Assembly: GCA_963667845.2 (NCBI GenBank)
Contig: CAXXVL010000002.1
Coordinates: forward strand, 2,784,001 to 2,848,000
Origin: Smithellaceae bacterium
GTDB lineage: Bacteria > Desulfobacterota > Syntrophia > Syntrophales > Smithellaceae
Direction of reading: 5' to 3'
DNA: 64,000 nucleotides
In this document: positions 28,393 to 39,003 of the stretch, piece after piece
Layout of the letters: each line of letters starts with the position of its first letter
Position numbering within the stretch: the stretch's first letter is position 1
Translations under genes and position numbers: made by a program
Notes under the pieces: model-generated
Told to the model about the DNA's origin: nothing
The model's database searches: none
What the model saw: only the letters and a program-made list of their open reading frames with translations

Positions 28393-28896
28393 AATTTCCC
28401 GTCCGTACTCTTTTTAGTGCGAAGCAGAAACCCACTTCCTATGGACGTGGTAATGTTTGTTGGCTATGCCGATCCCGGATGGCTATGGCCAATAGGCCGT
28501 ATCAACTGCAATGGTGAATATTGATATGAGCAAATTTTTTCTATGCAATGGACACCATCCCAATCAAATTACGCTGAGCGGTGCAATGCCCCCCTATGGG
28601 GGCTGAACTTAAAGCCGCGCCCTTCGGGTGCGGATGTTTACCTGATCATGAGATAGAACAACCACGGCTGGCCCCCCCGCCGTGATTCAAGGAGATATGG
28701 ACAGGATGTCCGTTACTACAGCGATTGAGCTCACCTGTCAAATGGGTTGCACATGGGGAGTTACCTTTTTGAGTATAATCCATGAACTGAAGGGTCAGAT
28801 ATAAGCACAAGAAAGGTCACGGAGGCGACCGACGAAAATAAAACGTGGATCAGCGCAACCTTGTTTGCGTAATGAGCGGTTTCGTAATCCCTGGCA

Positions 28897-28927
28897 TCGG
28901 GACAATCGCTTCTACCGATTGTCCCGA
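28897..28927. repeat. Isolated perfect 12-bp hairpin (REP-like)
   Basis: tcgggacaatcg-cttctac-cgattgtcccga. Confidence 0.6.
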
Positions 28928-29342
28928 CAGGAATTTGAGAGAAGACGCTGACGGTATATTCAACAATACAATTGGTAATCTTCATTTCCATGCTAAGCTT
29001 GCAGCTAACGAATTGTAGGTGAACTCTGCAATTCCGTTGTTTTTGGAAATTTCAAGAATTAGAGATCGGGTTTTTCATTTAGTTCTTTCTGTACTGCACA
29101 ACCAGCCAACCTCGGAAAAGATGCAGGACTTCAAACTGAATCACTGATGACGTTTTCTCAGTATTTATTATATATATCATATAGTTACTCATGGTTCGTC
29201 TGTGAGGATGTGAAGGGGGCTACTCCGCCGGGTCATAGTCTAAGGGATTTGTCAGGACTTCAGCGAGACCCTGTGCCTTTGTCGATTGACGCTGCCCAGA
29301 AAGCCTCATAAAAAACGTATTGAAATAATTAAAGAATAATCC

Positions 29343-29371
29343 TTGACTTCCGCTAAGGGGATTTGTATGTT
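29343..29371 (+). promoter_or_regulatory. Putative sigma70 promoter upstream of the PilB-like gene
   Basis: TTGACT-N17-TATGTT. Confidence 0.45.
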
Positions 29372-29521
29372 AGAAATAATATAAGTGTATAACATTTTGA
29401 AGTGCAAAGATGACCACCAAGCTTTCTCCGTGTGGATGGTCTTCTTTTTTCTTTCATGGCAGGAATCCGGCTAAGAGGATTTTGAGAAAGAAGGAAGGAG
29501 GATGAGAGCGTTGGAGGAATA

Positions 29522-32197
29522 ATGAAACTAAGAAATAACAAAAAAGAGTTATTCTTGGACATCATTACCCAGGTTCAACTTGCCATAAAGAGTACCGGTG
29601 TATATCCAGTAGACCATCCCATCACTATCGAGATAATAAATAATTCCTATCAAGCGTTAGCAAATCATCTTAAAACCAAAAATATATTAACGTTAAGTGT
29701 AAATGGCAGTAAATTATTGGCGGATGATGTTCCGATCGAATCCAAAAATAATTTACCCGCCAATTTTGCTCTGGACCTCGATCAAAGGGCTATCGAAAGT
29801 ATATCTTTTTATCGGGGACTCTCCCAGAGAGATTATATGATTTTCATAAAAGCAATGATACAGAAGCCGCAGTCTAAAAGTAAAAATGGAGATGTCGCTG
29901 CGATTCTGAAAAATAACAGAGTCTCTGCTATAAAGCTTAATGAAGTCAAGTATAAGAAAGTGTCGAAAGATTTAAAGGATGGTGAACACAGTCATATAAT
30001 AAATGCTTTTGATATTGATGATGAAAGACTATTAACACATACTGATACACGTTTGAGTGATTTGGGGAAACACGACAATAAAAACCATGCTGATGAGCCT
30101 ATTTACAGGGAATTGCAAGTTGAAGAAAGAAAAGTCAATGACTTGCAAAAGAAAGATCTGCTTCCTGATGATGAGAAAAAGGTTAAAGAATATATAAGCG
30201 ATTTACTGTCCGGCGGGAAAAGTGATGAAATGGAAACCTTCATTGAAGATGTATCCTCAAAAATGGATAATAAATTCATTGCAATCAAAAAAAAGGTTGC
30301 TGAGAGTCTTCAGGATATAACTTTAGCCTTGGATGAATTCGGCACGATAAAAGAAAATTTTCAGAAGACCACGGATACGTTAATCAATTGGCTAAAGAAA
30401 GAGAATCAGGTTGATACCTATCTGGCTGTTTCAAAGAGTTTACACAATATATGTTCTTCACTGAACAAGCCGGACCGTTATCTGATTAATGAAACGATCG
30501 GCAGCCGATTGTTCGAGTTCAACAAATTGTCTAAAGTGGATTTGCAGGAGGCTTTGAAAACAAAAAAGAAAAATGGCAATAGTCTTCAATATAATCTTAG
30601 TGCTCTAAATTTAGTTGATGAAGCCATTCTCACTCATTTCTTGGCTCAACAATATAAAAACTGCCAGGTTGTTAACCTATCATCAATAAAGAATATATCT
30701 GAAAATATTCTGAATACTATACCGGAAAAGTATATCAGGCGTTATCAGGTGCTTCCCTTCAAATCAGAGTCCGGGAAGCTATCGACGGCCACGATGAATC
30801 CTTATGATTGGCACATATTAGATGATCTTAAGATTATAAGCGGTTATACAATTATTCCCTATCTCGCTGCAGAATATTACCTCCGTAATGCAATCGAAAA
30901 ATTTTATAACATTAAGGTCAGCAACTCGATCAATCATCAGGCCATGAGTAACATGCAAAATGGTGATTGGAATAATGATTTAGAACTTGTTGAGGAAAAG
31001 CAAGAATCCACTACTTACAGTGAAGAACTGAAAGATTCAGCCGCCCCGATTATTAAGCTTTTAAATGTGATTATAAAGGAAGCCATTAAACAAAAATCCA
31101 GCGATATCCACATAGAACCTTATGAAAGTGAATTGAGAGTCCGCCTTAGGATTGATGGTACCCTGATAACTGTCCTAAACCCTTCCAAAAGTTATGCCAA
31201 TGGCATAGTTTCGCGCATAAAAATAATGTCAGGAATGGACATCTCCGAAAAACGCCTTCCGCAGGATGGTAGATTTAAGGTACGCAATGATGGAAAAGTT
31301 GTGGATTTTCGTGTTTCTTCATTTCCTGGAATCTTTGGAGAAAAGATTGTACTGCGTCTTCTAGATAATTCTGATCTTGTATTAGATATAAACAAATTAG
31401 GATTAAATAACGATGACTTAACAATCCTCCTGTCTAATATGTATAAATCGAAAGGGATGATACTAATTACTGGACCCACGGGAAGCGGGAAGACAACAAC
31501 TATTTATTCTATGCTTCACGGCTTAAATGATGGGGCCCTCAATATTTCAACTGCCGAAGATCCCATCGAATATAATTTAAAGGGAATTAACCAATTTCAA
31601 ATGAACACTAAGATAGGTTTAAATTTTGCCCGTGCCCTAAGAACATTTTTAAGACAGGATCCTGATATCATCATGGTGGGAGAAATCAGGGATTTTGAAA
31701 CTGCAGAAATTGCTTTTAAGGCTGCGCTAACAGGTCATCTTGTATTAAGCACTCTGCATACCAATAGTGCCCCCGAGACGATTACCAGACTGATCAATAT
31801 CGGCATCGAACCCTATATAATCATCTCTTCTGTAAACCTTATCGTCGCTCAACGGTTGATTAGAAAGATTTGTGAAAAGTGTAAGATTGAAACTATACCC
31901 ACCGACTTACAATCAAATGTTTTGAGGAATTACGGGTTCAATATTAACGACCATCATGTTGCCCAGGGAGAAGGATGTGAAGAATGTGGCAATACAGGTT
32001 ACAAAGGCAGGATTGCCTTATATGAGATTATGCCGATGCGGGACGAAATTAAAGACTTAATAATGAAAAGAAAATCAACTTTTGAGATAAGAGAAAAATT
32101 AGAAGAACAAGGATTCATTTCTTTACAGGCACAGGGTTTCAATAAAGTCACGACAGGAATAACCTCACTTAATGAATGGATGAGAGTTCTTGCCTAA
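29522..32197 (+). CDS. PilB/GspE-family secretion ATPase with long N-terminal extension
   Basis: SDIHIEP, RLPQDGR, Walker A GPTGSGKT, EDPIEY, LRQDPDIIMVGE, TGHLVLSTLH, CxxC...CxxC; visibly AT-rich. Confidence 0.93.
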   Translation: MKLRNNKKELFLDIITQVQLAIKSTGVYPVDHPITIEIINNSYQALANHLKTKNILTLSVNGSKLLADDVPIESKNNLPANFALDLDQRAIESISFYRGLSQRDYMIFIKAMIQKPQSKSKNGDVAAILKNNRVSAIKLNEVKYKKVSKDLKDGEHSHIINAFDIDDERLLTHTDTRLSDLGKHDNKNHADEPIYRELQVEERKVNDLQKKDLLPDDEKKVKEYISDLLSGGKSDEMETFIEDVSSKMDNKFIAIKKKVAESLQDITLALDEFGTIKENFQKTTDTLINWLKKENQVDTYLAVSKSLHNICSSLNKPDRYLINETIGSRLFEFNKLSKVDLQEALKTKKKNGNSLQYNLSALNLVDEAILTHFLAQQYKNCQVVNLSSIKNISENILNTIPEKYIRRYQVLPFKSESGKLSTATMNPYDWHILDDLKIISGYTIIPYLAAEYYLRNAIEKFYNIKVSNSINHQAMSNMQNGDWNNDLELVEEKQESTTYSEELKDSAAPIIKLLNVIIKEAIKQKSSDIHIEPYESELRVRLRIDGTLITVLNPSKSYANGIVSRIKIMSGMDISEKRLPQDGRFKVRNDGKVVDFRVSSFPGIFGEKIVLRLLDNSDLVLDINKLGLNNDDLTILLSNMYKSKGMILITGPTGSGKTTTIYSMLHGLNDGALNISTAEDPIEYNLKGINQFQMNTKIGLNFARALRTFLRQDPDIIMVGEIRDFETAEIAFKAALTGHLVLSTLHTNSAPETITRLINIGIEPYIIISSVNLIVAQRLIRKICEKCKIETIPTDLQSNVLRNYGFNINDHHVAQGEGCEECGNTGYKGRIALYEIMPMRDEIKDLIMKRKSTFEIREKLEEQGFISLQAQGFNKVTTGITSLNEWMRVLA

Positions 32198-32431
32198 TAC
32201 AAAAACAACACTCAATAAAAAACACTAATATAAGTGAAACTTAGCTTGCCTTCTCCTGCGAACGCCGTCATCTCTATCCTTCTGCCGGCAGAAGAGGGGC
32301 GTGGAATTCCGGGCGTGGTTCTGTGGGTTTTGAATGGTAATCAACAAACTTGAAACGTTTTGATTCTGTTTAGTAGTAGGTGAACACATTAATCAGACCT
32401 GTCATAACACCGATGAGCCTAAAAAAATATT

Positions 32432-32613
32432 GCAGTTGAACCGGGGCATGCCGTGAGCGAATATGCCGAAGCGTTGTGGCTCTTGGCGAAATGGAGCAAA
32501 AGAGAGCCGAACTGTTTGAGCCGAAGGCGAGTTTTCGGCTCTCGCGCAATGAGCTTAGAGCCACAGTTGCAGGGCATTCTGAGCGATGGGATGCCCCGGT
32601 TCAACGGCTACCA
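32432..32613 (-). repeat. Right terminal repeat; inverted copy of 15592-15775; long nested hairpin
   Basis: Its reverse complement shares atgccctgcaactgtggctctaagctcattgcgcgagagccgaaaactcgcc and ggctcaaacagttcggctct with the left end. Confidence 0.9.
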
Positions 32614-32695
32614 CTCTAAATAACGAATGCTTTTTCCCAACAAAAAAGTTCACCTTTTGTTTCCGCTTTGCATCATTTGCCAATCATTTATTCCG

Positions 32696-32724
32696 TTGCA
32701 AAGATGCCCTGGTTTTGTCATAGT
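32696..32724 (+). promoter_or_regulatory. Promoter conserved upstream of both ABC fusion genes
   Basis: TTGCAA-N17-CATAGT here and at 35220-35248, with shared flanks (ttccg, ttttg). Confidence 0.65.
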
Positions 32725-32778
32725 GGCGCGCACGACCGGATTTCGGCGTGATACTTATGCAGGGGGACTTCACAAAGA

Positions 32779-35043
32779 GTGATCAGTCGGCGCAAAGAGA
32801 AGGGCGAAAGGAGCAGGGCTCTTTTTGCCCTTGTTGTTTTTTGCATGATCTGCGGATGCTCGGGTGGACCCGAGGACAAACCGGCTCTGCAGCACCCGGG
32901 GCAGATGAATTCGCCGGGCTATTCCATTGGCGTTCCACAATCCGCAGCCGCAACGACACTCGTTGAAAAGCAATTTTCGAAATGCAAAATTGAATATTTC
33001 CAGTCCATTGCCGACGGCTACCTGGCGGTCAAATATGGGAAAATCGATGCCTTTGCCTTTGACCGTCACGCATTAGAGTATGCGGTCCTTCGCAATCCCG
33101 ACCTGACCTTGATGGATGACAAAGTCGGGGATGAGTTCATTGTTGTCGGTTCCGCCTTAGGCAGGGAGGATTTGATTCAAAAAGTCAATGCCTTCATCAG
33201 GCAGTACCGGGCTGATGGGACCTACCGGGACATGTATCAGCGCTGGATTCTGGGAAAGAACATGCAAATGCCGGATCTGCCGGAGCCCGCACATCCGACG
33301 ATGACACTGAAGATCGGAACGACGGGCGTGAATGAACCGATGAATTTTTATGCAAATGGTCGGTTGACCGGGTTTGATGTCGAGTTCGCCAAACGTCTCG
33401 CCTATTATCTGAATGCCAAGTGTAATTTTTCCATCATTGAGTATCCCGCCATTGTTGCCGCCGCCTTAACCGGGAAGATCGACCTGCTAATCGCCAATCT
33501 CAACGCGACGCCGGAGCGCCGGAAGATGCTGCTTTTTTCCGACACCTATGTTGATTCAGAAGTCTCATTTCTTGTCCGCAAAGACCGTCTTCCCGCCCAA
33601 TCCGCGGACGCCATCACGCAGCTTTCTCAACTGGCCGGTAGGAAGGTCGGCGTTAAAACAGGTACGATCTATGAGGATGTTCTGAAGGAGGCTGTTTCTG
33701 ACGCCGTCCCGGTTCATTTTACAACCATTACGGATGAGATTGAAGCGCTCAAATCGGGAAAAATCACCGGGTTCCTGGTGGATGAAGTGGTGATCAAGTG
33801 TCTGGCCCGCCAGACGCCCGGTATCACGTACCTTCCCCAAAGGCTGAGGGCCAACAATTGTGCGTTCGCCTTTCCCAAGAACAAGCCCGAACTGCAGGAA
33901 AAGGTCAACGCCGTTTTGCAAAGGATGAAGGACGACGGCACATTGAAGAGACTGGACGAAAAATGGTTCGGTGCTGATGAACATGCCAAGGTGCTTCCGG
34001 ACATCAAGCTGGACGACAAAAACGGGGTGATCCGGTTTGCCACCAACAGCGCCAGCGAGCCGTTTGTCTACATCAAGAGCGGCAAAATGGTCGGCTTTGA
34101 CATCGAAGTGGCGATGATTATTGCTTCGAAGCTCGGTTATAAACTGCAAATCATGGACATGGATTTCGCAGCCATTATTCCTTCTCTGGTTTCGGGCAAA
34201 ACCGACATGGCCGGCGACTTCATCGCCATTACTCCGGAACGGGCCAAAGCGGTGTTGTTCAGTACTCCTTATTACGAAGGTGGAACGGTAGTTGTGGTGA
34301 CGACAGGGCTCGCCGGTGCCGGAAAAGACAGCGGCGGGGTCTGGACGGGTCTAATGCAGAGTTTCCGGAGGACGTTTGTGGTGGAAGACCGCTACAAGCT
34401 GGTGTTGCAGGGTTTGTGGGTGACGGTGGTGATTTCCGTTTTGTCGGGGATTTTCGGTACGCTGCTGGGGTTTGGCATCTGTTTGATGCGCAGGGCGAAG
34501 ACACGGTGGGCGAATATGCCGGCGAAGGCTTTTATCCGGGCGATTCAGGGCACACCGATTGTCGTGCTTTTAATGATACTCTACTATGTCATTTTCGGGA
34601 GCCTGGATATTAATGCGATTATTGTTGCGGTCATCGGTTTTTCCATCAATTTTGCCGCATATGTATCGGAGATGATGCGGACGGGCATTGATGCGGTGGA
34701 CAAGGGGCAGCATGAAGCGGCGTATGCGATCGGATTCAACCGGGTGCAGGTGTTTACGAAGATCACGTTTCCGCAGGCGGCTCGGCATGTTCTGCCGGTA
34801 TTCAAGGGCGAGTTCATCTCCATGCTGAAGATGACATCGGTGGTGGGGTATATTGCGATTCAGGATTTGACGAAGATGAGCGACATCATTCGCAGCCGGA
34901 CGTATGAGGCTTTTTTCCCGCTCATTGCGACGGCGCTGATTTATTTTGTCATTGCCTATGCGATGGCTTATCTGCTGTCGCGCATTGAAATGCGGGTCGA
35001 TCCGAAACAGCGCAAACGGGTCGTGAAAGGGGCAACAGCCTGA
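32779..35043 (+). CDS. Polar amino-acid ABC transporter: 2 substrate-binding domains fused to a permease
   Basis: SBP_bac_3 motifs (GFDVE, GKID, TPER, KWF); HisM-type permease (QGTP, AAYVSE..R.GI, GQHEAA). Confidence 0.92.
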   Translation: MISRRKEKGERSRALFALVVFCMICGCSGGPEDKPALQHPGQMNSPGYSIGVPQSAAATTLVEKQFSKCKIEYFQSIADGYLAVKYGKIDAFAFDRHALEYAVLRNPDLTLMDDKVGDEFIVVGSALGREDLIQKVNAFIRQYRADGTYRDMYQRWILGKNMQMPDLPEPAHPTMTLKIGTTGVNEPMNFYANGRLTGFDVEFAKRLAYYLNAKCNFSIIEYPAIVAAALTGKIDLLIANLNATPERRKMLLFSDTYVDSEVSFLVRKDRLPAQSADAITQLSQLAGRKVGVKTGTIYEDVLKEAVSDAVPVHFTTITDEIEALKSGKITGFLVDEVVIKCLARQTPGITYLPQRLRANNCAFAFPKNKPELQEKVNAVLQRMKDDGTLKRLDEKWFGADEHAKVLPDIKLDDKNGVIRFATNSASEPFVYIKSGKMVGFDIEVAMIIASKLGYKLQIMDMDFAAIIPSLVSGKTDMAGDFIAITPERAKAVLFSTPYYEGGTVVVVTTGLAGAGKDSGGVWTGLMQSFRRTFVVEDRYKLVLQGLWVTVVISVLSGIFGTLLGFGICLMRRAKTRWANMPAKAFIRAIQGTPIVVLLMILYYVIFGSLDINAIIVAVIGFSINFAAYVSEMMRTGIDAVDKGQHEAAYAIGFNRVQVFTKITFPQAARHVLPVFKGEFISMLKMTSVVGYIAIQDLTKMSDIIRSRTYEAFFPLIATALIYFVIAYAMAYLLSRIEMRVDPKQRKRVVKGATA
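34336..35031 (+). repeat. 696-bp direct repeat, copy 1 (permease domain)
   Basis: Identical to 38298-38993 wherever checked; off-frame ORF translations are also identical. Confidence 0.9.
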
Positions 35044-35219
35044 CGGTTGCTGCTCTATGATAAAAGAGGGATCGCATATGCGTGAAGGCACGGATGGCTG
35101 TCATCCCGCAGGCATCGCACCTGCACCAGCTGGAACGGCCGCAGATATACACGGTGTGGTCAAGGATTTCCTGCGGGACATTGAATGCCCATGATCGATT
35201 CTTCAGACGAAATATTCCG

Positions 35220-35248
35220 TTGCAAAGGTACACGCATTTTGACATAGT
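35220..35248 (+). promoter_or_regulatory. Second copy of the ABC gene promoter
   Basis: TTGCAA-N17-CATAGT. Confidence 0.65.
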
Positions 35249-35297
35249 GCGACACGCGTCGGAATGGCACGCGGACCACACATAAGGGGCATAACGA

Positions 35298-38200
35298 GTG
35301 AAGGGGTTTTGCGGGAGAAAAGGCAAGAGGAGCATGGCTCTGGCGGTGCTATTTGCCTTTTGGATCCTGCTCGGATGCTCCGCTGATCGCGACGATCGGC
35401 GCATCCTGTCCAATCCGTCTGAGCTCAACGCCCCCGAGTATACGATCGGAGTTCCGCAAGGCACGGCTGCCATGACGGCGATGGAGAACAACTTCCCCCT
35501 TTCCAAAATAGAATACCACCAATCCCTCCCGGACGGATATCTAAGCGTCAAGTACGGAAAGATCGATGCTTTTGCCTTTGACCGGCATGCCCTGCAGTAT
35601 GTTGCCGTCCACAACCCCGATCTGGCCCTGATGGAGGAAAAGGTCGGAGATGAGTTCATCGTCGTCGGGACAGCCTTCGGGCGAGGGGCCCTGATCAAGA
35701 AAGTCAACGAATTTATCAAACAGTACAAGACGGACGGAACCTACCAGGACATGTACGACCGGTGGCTATTGGGGAAGAACCTGACCATGCCTGATCTGCC
35801 GGAACCCTCGCATCCCACGATGACACTGAAAATCGGGACCGACGGCCGCAACGAACCGATGAGCTTTTACGTTAACCGTCAGTTGACGGGTTTCGACATC
35901 GAGTTCACCAAACGTCTGGCCTTATTCCTCAACGCTAAGTTCACGTTTTACATCATCGAGTTTCCGGCCATTATCGCCGCGGCGACGTCCGGAAAGATCG
36001 ACCTGCTCATCGCCAATCTGAATGCGACTCCCGAACGCAGTAAAGTGATGCTCTTTTCTGATACCTATGTGGACTCGGAAGTCTCGTTTCTTGTCCGTAA
36101 GGACCGGCTTGCCCCGAAGGCCGCAAAATCGATTACGGATATTGCGCAGCTCGCAGGCAAAAAAGTCGGCGTTCAGACGGGCACGACGTATGAAGATGTG
36201 TTGAAGCGTTCCATTCCCAAAGCTGTTCCCATGTATTTCACAACATTTACGGATCAGATCGAAGCCGTCAAATCGGGGAAGATCGCGGGTTTTCTGGCAG
36301 ACGAAGTGCTGGCGAAAGGGGTGATCCGTGAAACACCGGGTGTGACCTACCTCAAAAAATGGCTGAATTCCAATGAGTACGCTTTCGCCTTTTCTAAAAG
36401 TCAGTCGTCGCTGCACAAACAGGTTAATGCCATTCTTGAGCAGTTGAAAAGCGACGGAACGTTTCGGAAACTGGAGGACAAGTGGTTCGGCGGAAATGAC
36501 GAGGCCAAGGTGCTTCCGGATTTCAATCTCGACGGTAAAAACGGAATCATCCGGTTTGCCACCAACAGTGACAGCGCACCGTTTGTCTATGTCAAGAACG
36601 GGAAACTCGTCGGCTATGATATCGAAGTGGCGATGATTGTTGCTTCGAAGCTCGGGAAAAAGCTGGAAATTATGGATATGGATTTTTCGGCCATTATCCC
36701 GTCTCTGGTTTCCGGCAAAAGCGATATGGCGGGAGATTTTATCACCATTACGGCCCAGCGTGCCAAATCGGTGCTATTCAGCATTCCTTATTATAAGGGC
36801 GGTACGATCGTTGTCGTAGCGGCGGATTCGGCCGCCGGAGCAGAAAGCCCCATTGCGGCACTTTCCGATCTCGCGGGCAAAAAGGTCGGCATCGTTACCG
36901 GCTCCGCTTACGACAACGTGCTGAAAAGTAAGAACCCGCAAGCGGTACCCGAGTATTTCAACAATTTTCCCGATCAGGCGGAGGCGCTTAAGGCCGGAAA
37001 GATCGCGGCCTTTTTGATTGATGAACCGATGGCGCGGGACATTATGAACCATACCGACGGGGTGACCGTCTTAAAGGAATTGCTGACGTCGGATGGCTAC
37101 GCTTTTGCTCTTTCCAAGAGCCGGAGCCGGCTGCAAAAAGAGATTAATGCGGTGCTCAAGGAGATGAAGGAAGACGGAACCCTGAAGAAGATCGATGCCC
37201 GCTGGTTTGGAACAGTCGAAGCGGCCAAGGTTCTTCCGGACATCAGACAAGAAGCCGGAAAAGGAATTATCCGCCTGGCGACCAACAGCGGTATGGCGCC
37301 GTTTGCCTATCTTAAAGACGGCAGGATGGTCGGATACGATATTGAGATCGCCGCGATCATCTGTGCCAAACTCGGCTATCAGCTCGAGATTATCGATATG
37401 GATATCGCGGCGATCATTCCGTCTCTGATATCCGGGAAGAGTGATATGGCGGCGTGCGGCATCACGGTCACTGATGAGCGCGCCAAATCGGTCCTGTTTA
37501 CCACGCCCAATTACAAAGGCGGCATCGCCGTGATGATTCGCGTGACCTCGGCGGGCAAAGCCGTAATCAATATTCAGAATCTTGCGGAACTTTCCGGAAG
37601 GAAGGTTGGCGTCTTGACCGGTTCCACCTATGACGGTGTGCTGAATCATCATAATGCTAAAGCGTTGCCGGAATATTTCAATAATTTTTCCGATCAGACA
37701 GAGGCGCTCAAGACCGGCAAAATCGCGGGTTTCCTGGTTGATGAACCGATAGCGAGAGACATCGTCAACCATTCGAGCGGCCTGACCACCTTGAAGAAGC
37801 TCTTGACATCGGACGGTTATGCATTTGCGTTTGCGAAAAATCAGATGAATCTTCATCAGAAGGTCAATACCGCGCTAAAGGAGCTGATGAATGACGGAAG
37901 CATCAAAAAGCTGGAGGAAAAGTGGTTCGGCACGAATGACGCAGCTAAAGTTCTTCCGGATCTGAAACTCGAAAACAAAAACGGCGTGATCCGGCTGGCC
38001 ACGAATGGCAATCTGGCTCCGTTTGCCTACGTCAAAGACGGCAAGATGGTGGGTTATGATATCGAGATCGCCATGATTATCGCTCAAAAACTTGGTCGCA
38101 GCCTGGAAATTACGGATATGGATTTCGCGGCGATCATCCCGTCTCTGGTTTCGGGGAAAAGCGATATGGGCGCAGGAGGGATCATCGTTACCGAGGAGCG

Positions 38201-38999
38201 GGCCAAGTCGGTTTTATTCAGCATTCCTGATTATAAAGGCGGCGTGGCCGTGATGGTTGCGGAAGCGGCCGTTGGCCCGGGGGCTGCGGGCGGTCCGGGG
38301 GTCTGGACGGGTCTAATGCAGAGTTTCCGGAGGACGTTTGTGGTGGAAGACCGCTACAAGCTGGTGTTGCAGGGTTTGTGGGTGACGGTGGTGATTTCCG
38401 TTTTGTCGGGGATTTTCGGTACGCTGCTGGGGTTTGGCATCTGTTTGATGCGCAGGGCGAAGACACGGTGGGCGAATATGCCGGCGAAGGCTTTTATCCG
38501 GGCGATTCAGGGCACACCGATTGTCGTGCTTTTAATGATACTCTACTATGTCATTTTCGGGAGCCTGGATATTAATGCGATTATTGTTGCGGTCATCGGT
38601 TTTTCCATCAATTTTGCCGCATATGTATCGGAGATGATGCGGACGGGCATTGATGCGGTGGACAAGGGGCAGCATGAAGCGGCGTATGCGATCGGATTCA
38701 ACCGGGTGCAGGTGTTTACGAAGATCACGTTTCCGCAGGCGGCTCGGCATGTTCTGCCGGTATTCAAGGGCGAGTTCATCTCCATGCTGAAGATGACATC
38801 GGTGGTGGGGTATATTGCGATTCAGGATTTGACGAAGATGAGCGACATCATTCGCAGCCGGACGTATGAGGCTTTTTTCCCGCTCATTGCGACGGCGCTG
38901 ATTTATTTTGTCATTGCCTATGCGATGGCTTATCTGCTGTCGCGCATTGAAATGCGGGTCGATCCGAAACAGCGCAAACGGGTCGTGAAAGGGTTGTAA
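35298..38999 (+). CDS. Polar amino-acid ABC transporter: 4 substrate-binding domains fused to a permease
   Basis: Four repeated SBP units; lipobox-like LLGC; same permease C-terminus as the upstream gene. Confidence 0.92.
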   Translation: MKGFCGRKGKRSMALAVLFAFWILLGCSADRDDRRILSNPSELNAPEYTIGVPQGTAAMTAMENNFPLSKIEYHQSLPDGYLSVKYGKIDAFAFDRHALQYVAVHNPDLALMEEKVGDEFIVVGTAFGRGALIKKVNEFIKQYKTDGTYQDMYDRWLLGKNLTMPDLPEPSHPTMTLKIGTDGRNEPMSFYVNRQLTGFDIEFTKRLALFLNAKFTFYIIEFPAIIAAATSGKIDLLIANLNATPERSKVMLFSDTYVDSEVSFLVRKDRLAPKAAKSITDIAQLAGKKVGVQTGTTYEDVLKRSIPKAVPMYFTTFTDQIEAVKSGKIAGFLADEVLAKGVIRETPGVTYLKKWLNSNEYAFAFSKSQSSLHKQVNAILEQLKSDGTFRKLEDKWFGGNDEAKVLPDFNLDGKNGIIRFATNSDSAPFVYVKNGKLVGYDIEVAMIVASKLGKKLEIMDMDFSAIIPSLVSGKSDMAGDFITITAQRAKSVLFSIPYYKGGTIVVVAADSAAGAESPIAALSDLAGKKVGIVTGSAYDNVLKSKNPQAVPEYFNNFPDQAEALKAGKIAAFLIDEPMARDIMNHTDGVTVLKELLTSDGYAFALSKSRSRLQKEINAVLKEMKEDGTLKKIDARWFGTVEAAKVLPDIRQEAGKGIIRLATNSGMAPFAYLKDGRMVGYDIEIAAIICAKLGYQLEIIDMDIAAIIPSLISGKSDMAACGITVTDERAKSVLFTTPNYKGGIAVMIRVTSAGKAVINIQNLAELSGRKVGVLTGSTYDGVLNHHNAKALPEYFNNFSDQTEALKTGKIAGFLVDEPIARDIVNHSSGLTTLKKLLTSDGYAFAFAKNQMNLHQKVNTALKELMNDGSIKKLEEKWFGTNDAAKVLPDLKLENKNGVIRLATNGNLAPFAYVKDGKMVGYDIEIAMIIAQKLGRSLEITDMDFAAIIPSLVSGKSDMGAGGIIVTEERAKSVLFSIPDYKGGVAVMVAEAAVGPGAAGGPGVWTGLMQSFRRTFVVEDRYKLVLQGLWVTVVISVLSGIFGTLLGFGICLMRRAKTRWANMPAKAFIRAIQGTPIVVLLMILYYVIFGSLDINAIIVAVIGFSINFAAYVSEMMRTGIDAVDKGQHEAAYAIGFNRVQVFTKITFPQAARHVLPVFKGEFISMLKMTSVVGYIAIQDLTKMSDIIRSRTYEAFFPLIATALIYFVIAYAMAYLLSRIEMRVDPKQRKRVVKGL
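38298..38993 (+). repeat. 696-bp direct repeat, copy 2
   Basis: Identical to 34336-35031. Confidence 0.9.
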
Positions 39000-39003
39000 A
39001 GAT

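Larger units (their letters stand above)
15585..32620. mobile_element. ~17 kb tyrosine-recombinase integrative element with long hairpin inverted ends and a 7-bp flanking direct repeat
   Basis: CTCTAAA at 15585-15591 and 32614-32620; ~180-bp terminal inverted repeats; three tyrosine recombinases; heterogeneous cargo. Confidence 0.85.

Noticed and set aside
32370..32604. Small ORFs overlapping the right hairpin
   Set aside because: They arise from the palindromic repeat and are not preserved as a coding pair in the left copy.
32432..32613. Terminal hairpins as integron attC sites (GTTGAAC/GTTCAAC fit GTTRRRY/RYYYAAC)
   Set aside because: The order is the reverse of attC, the two copies are inverted rather than in a direct array, and no IntI-specific insertion is evident in the recombinases.
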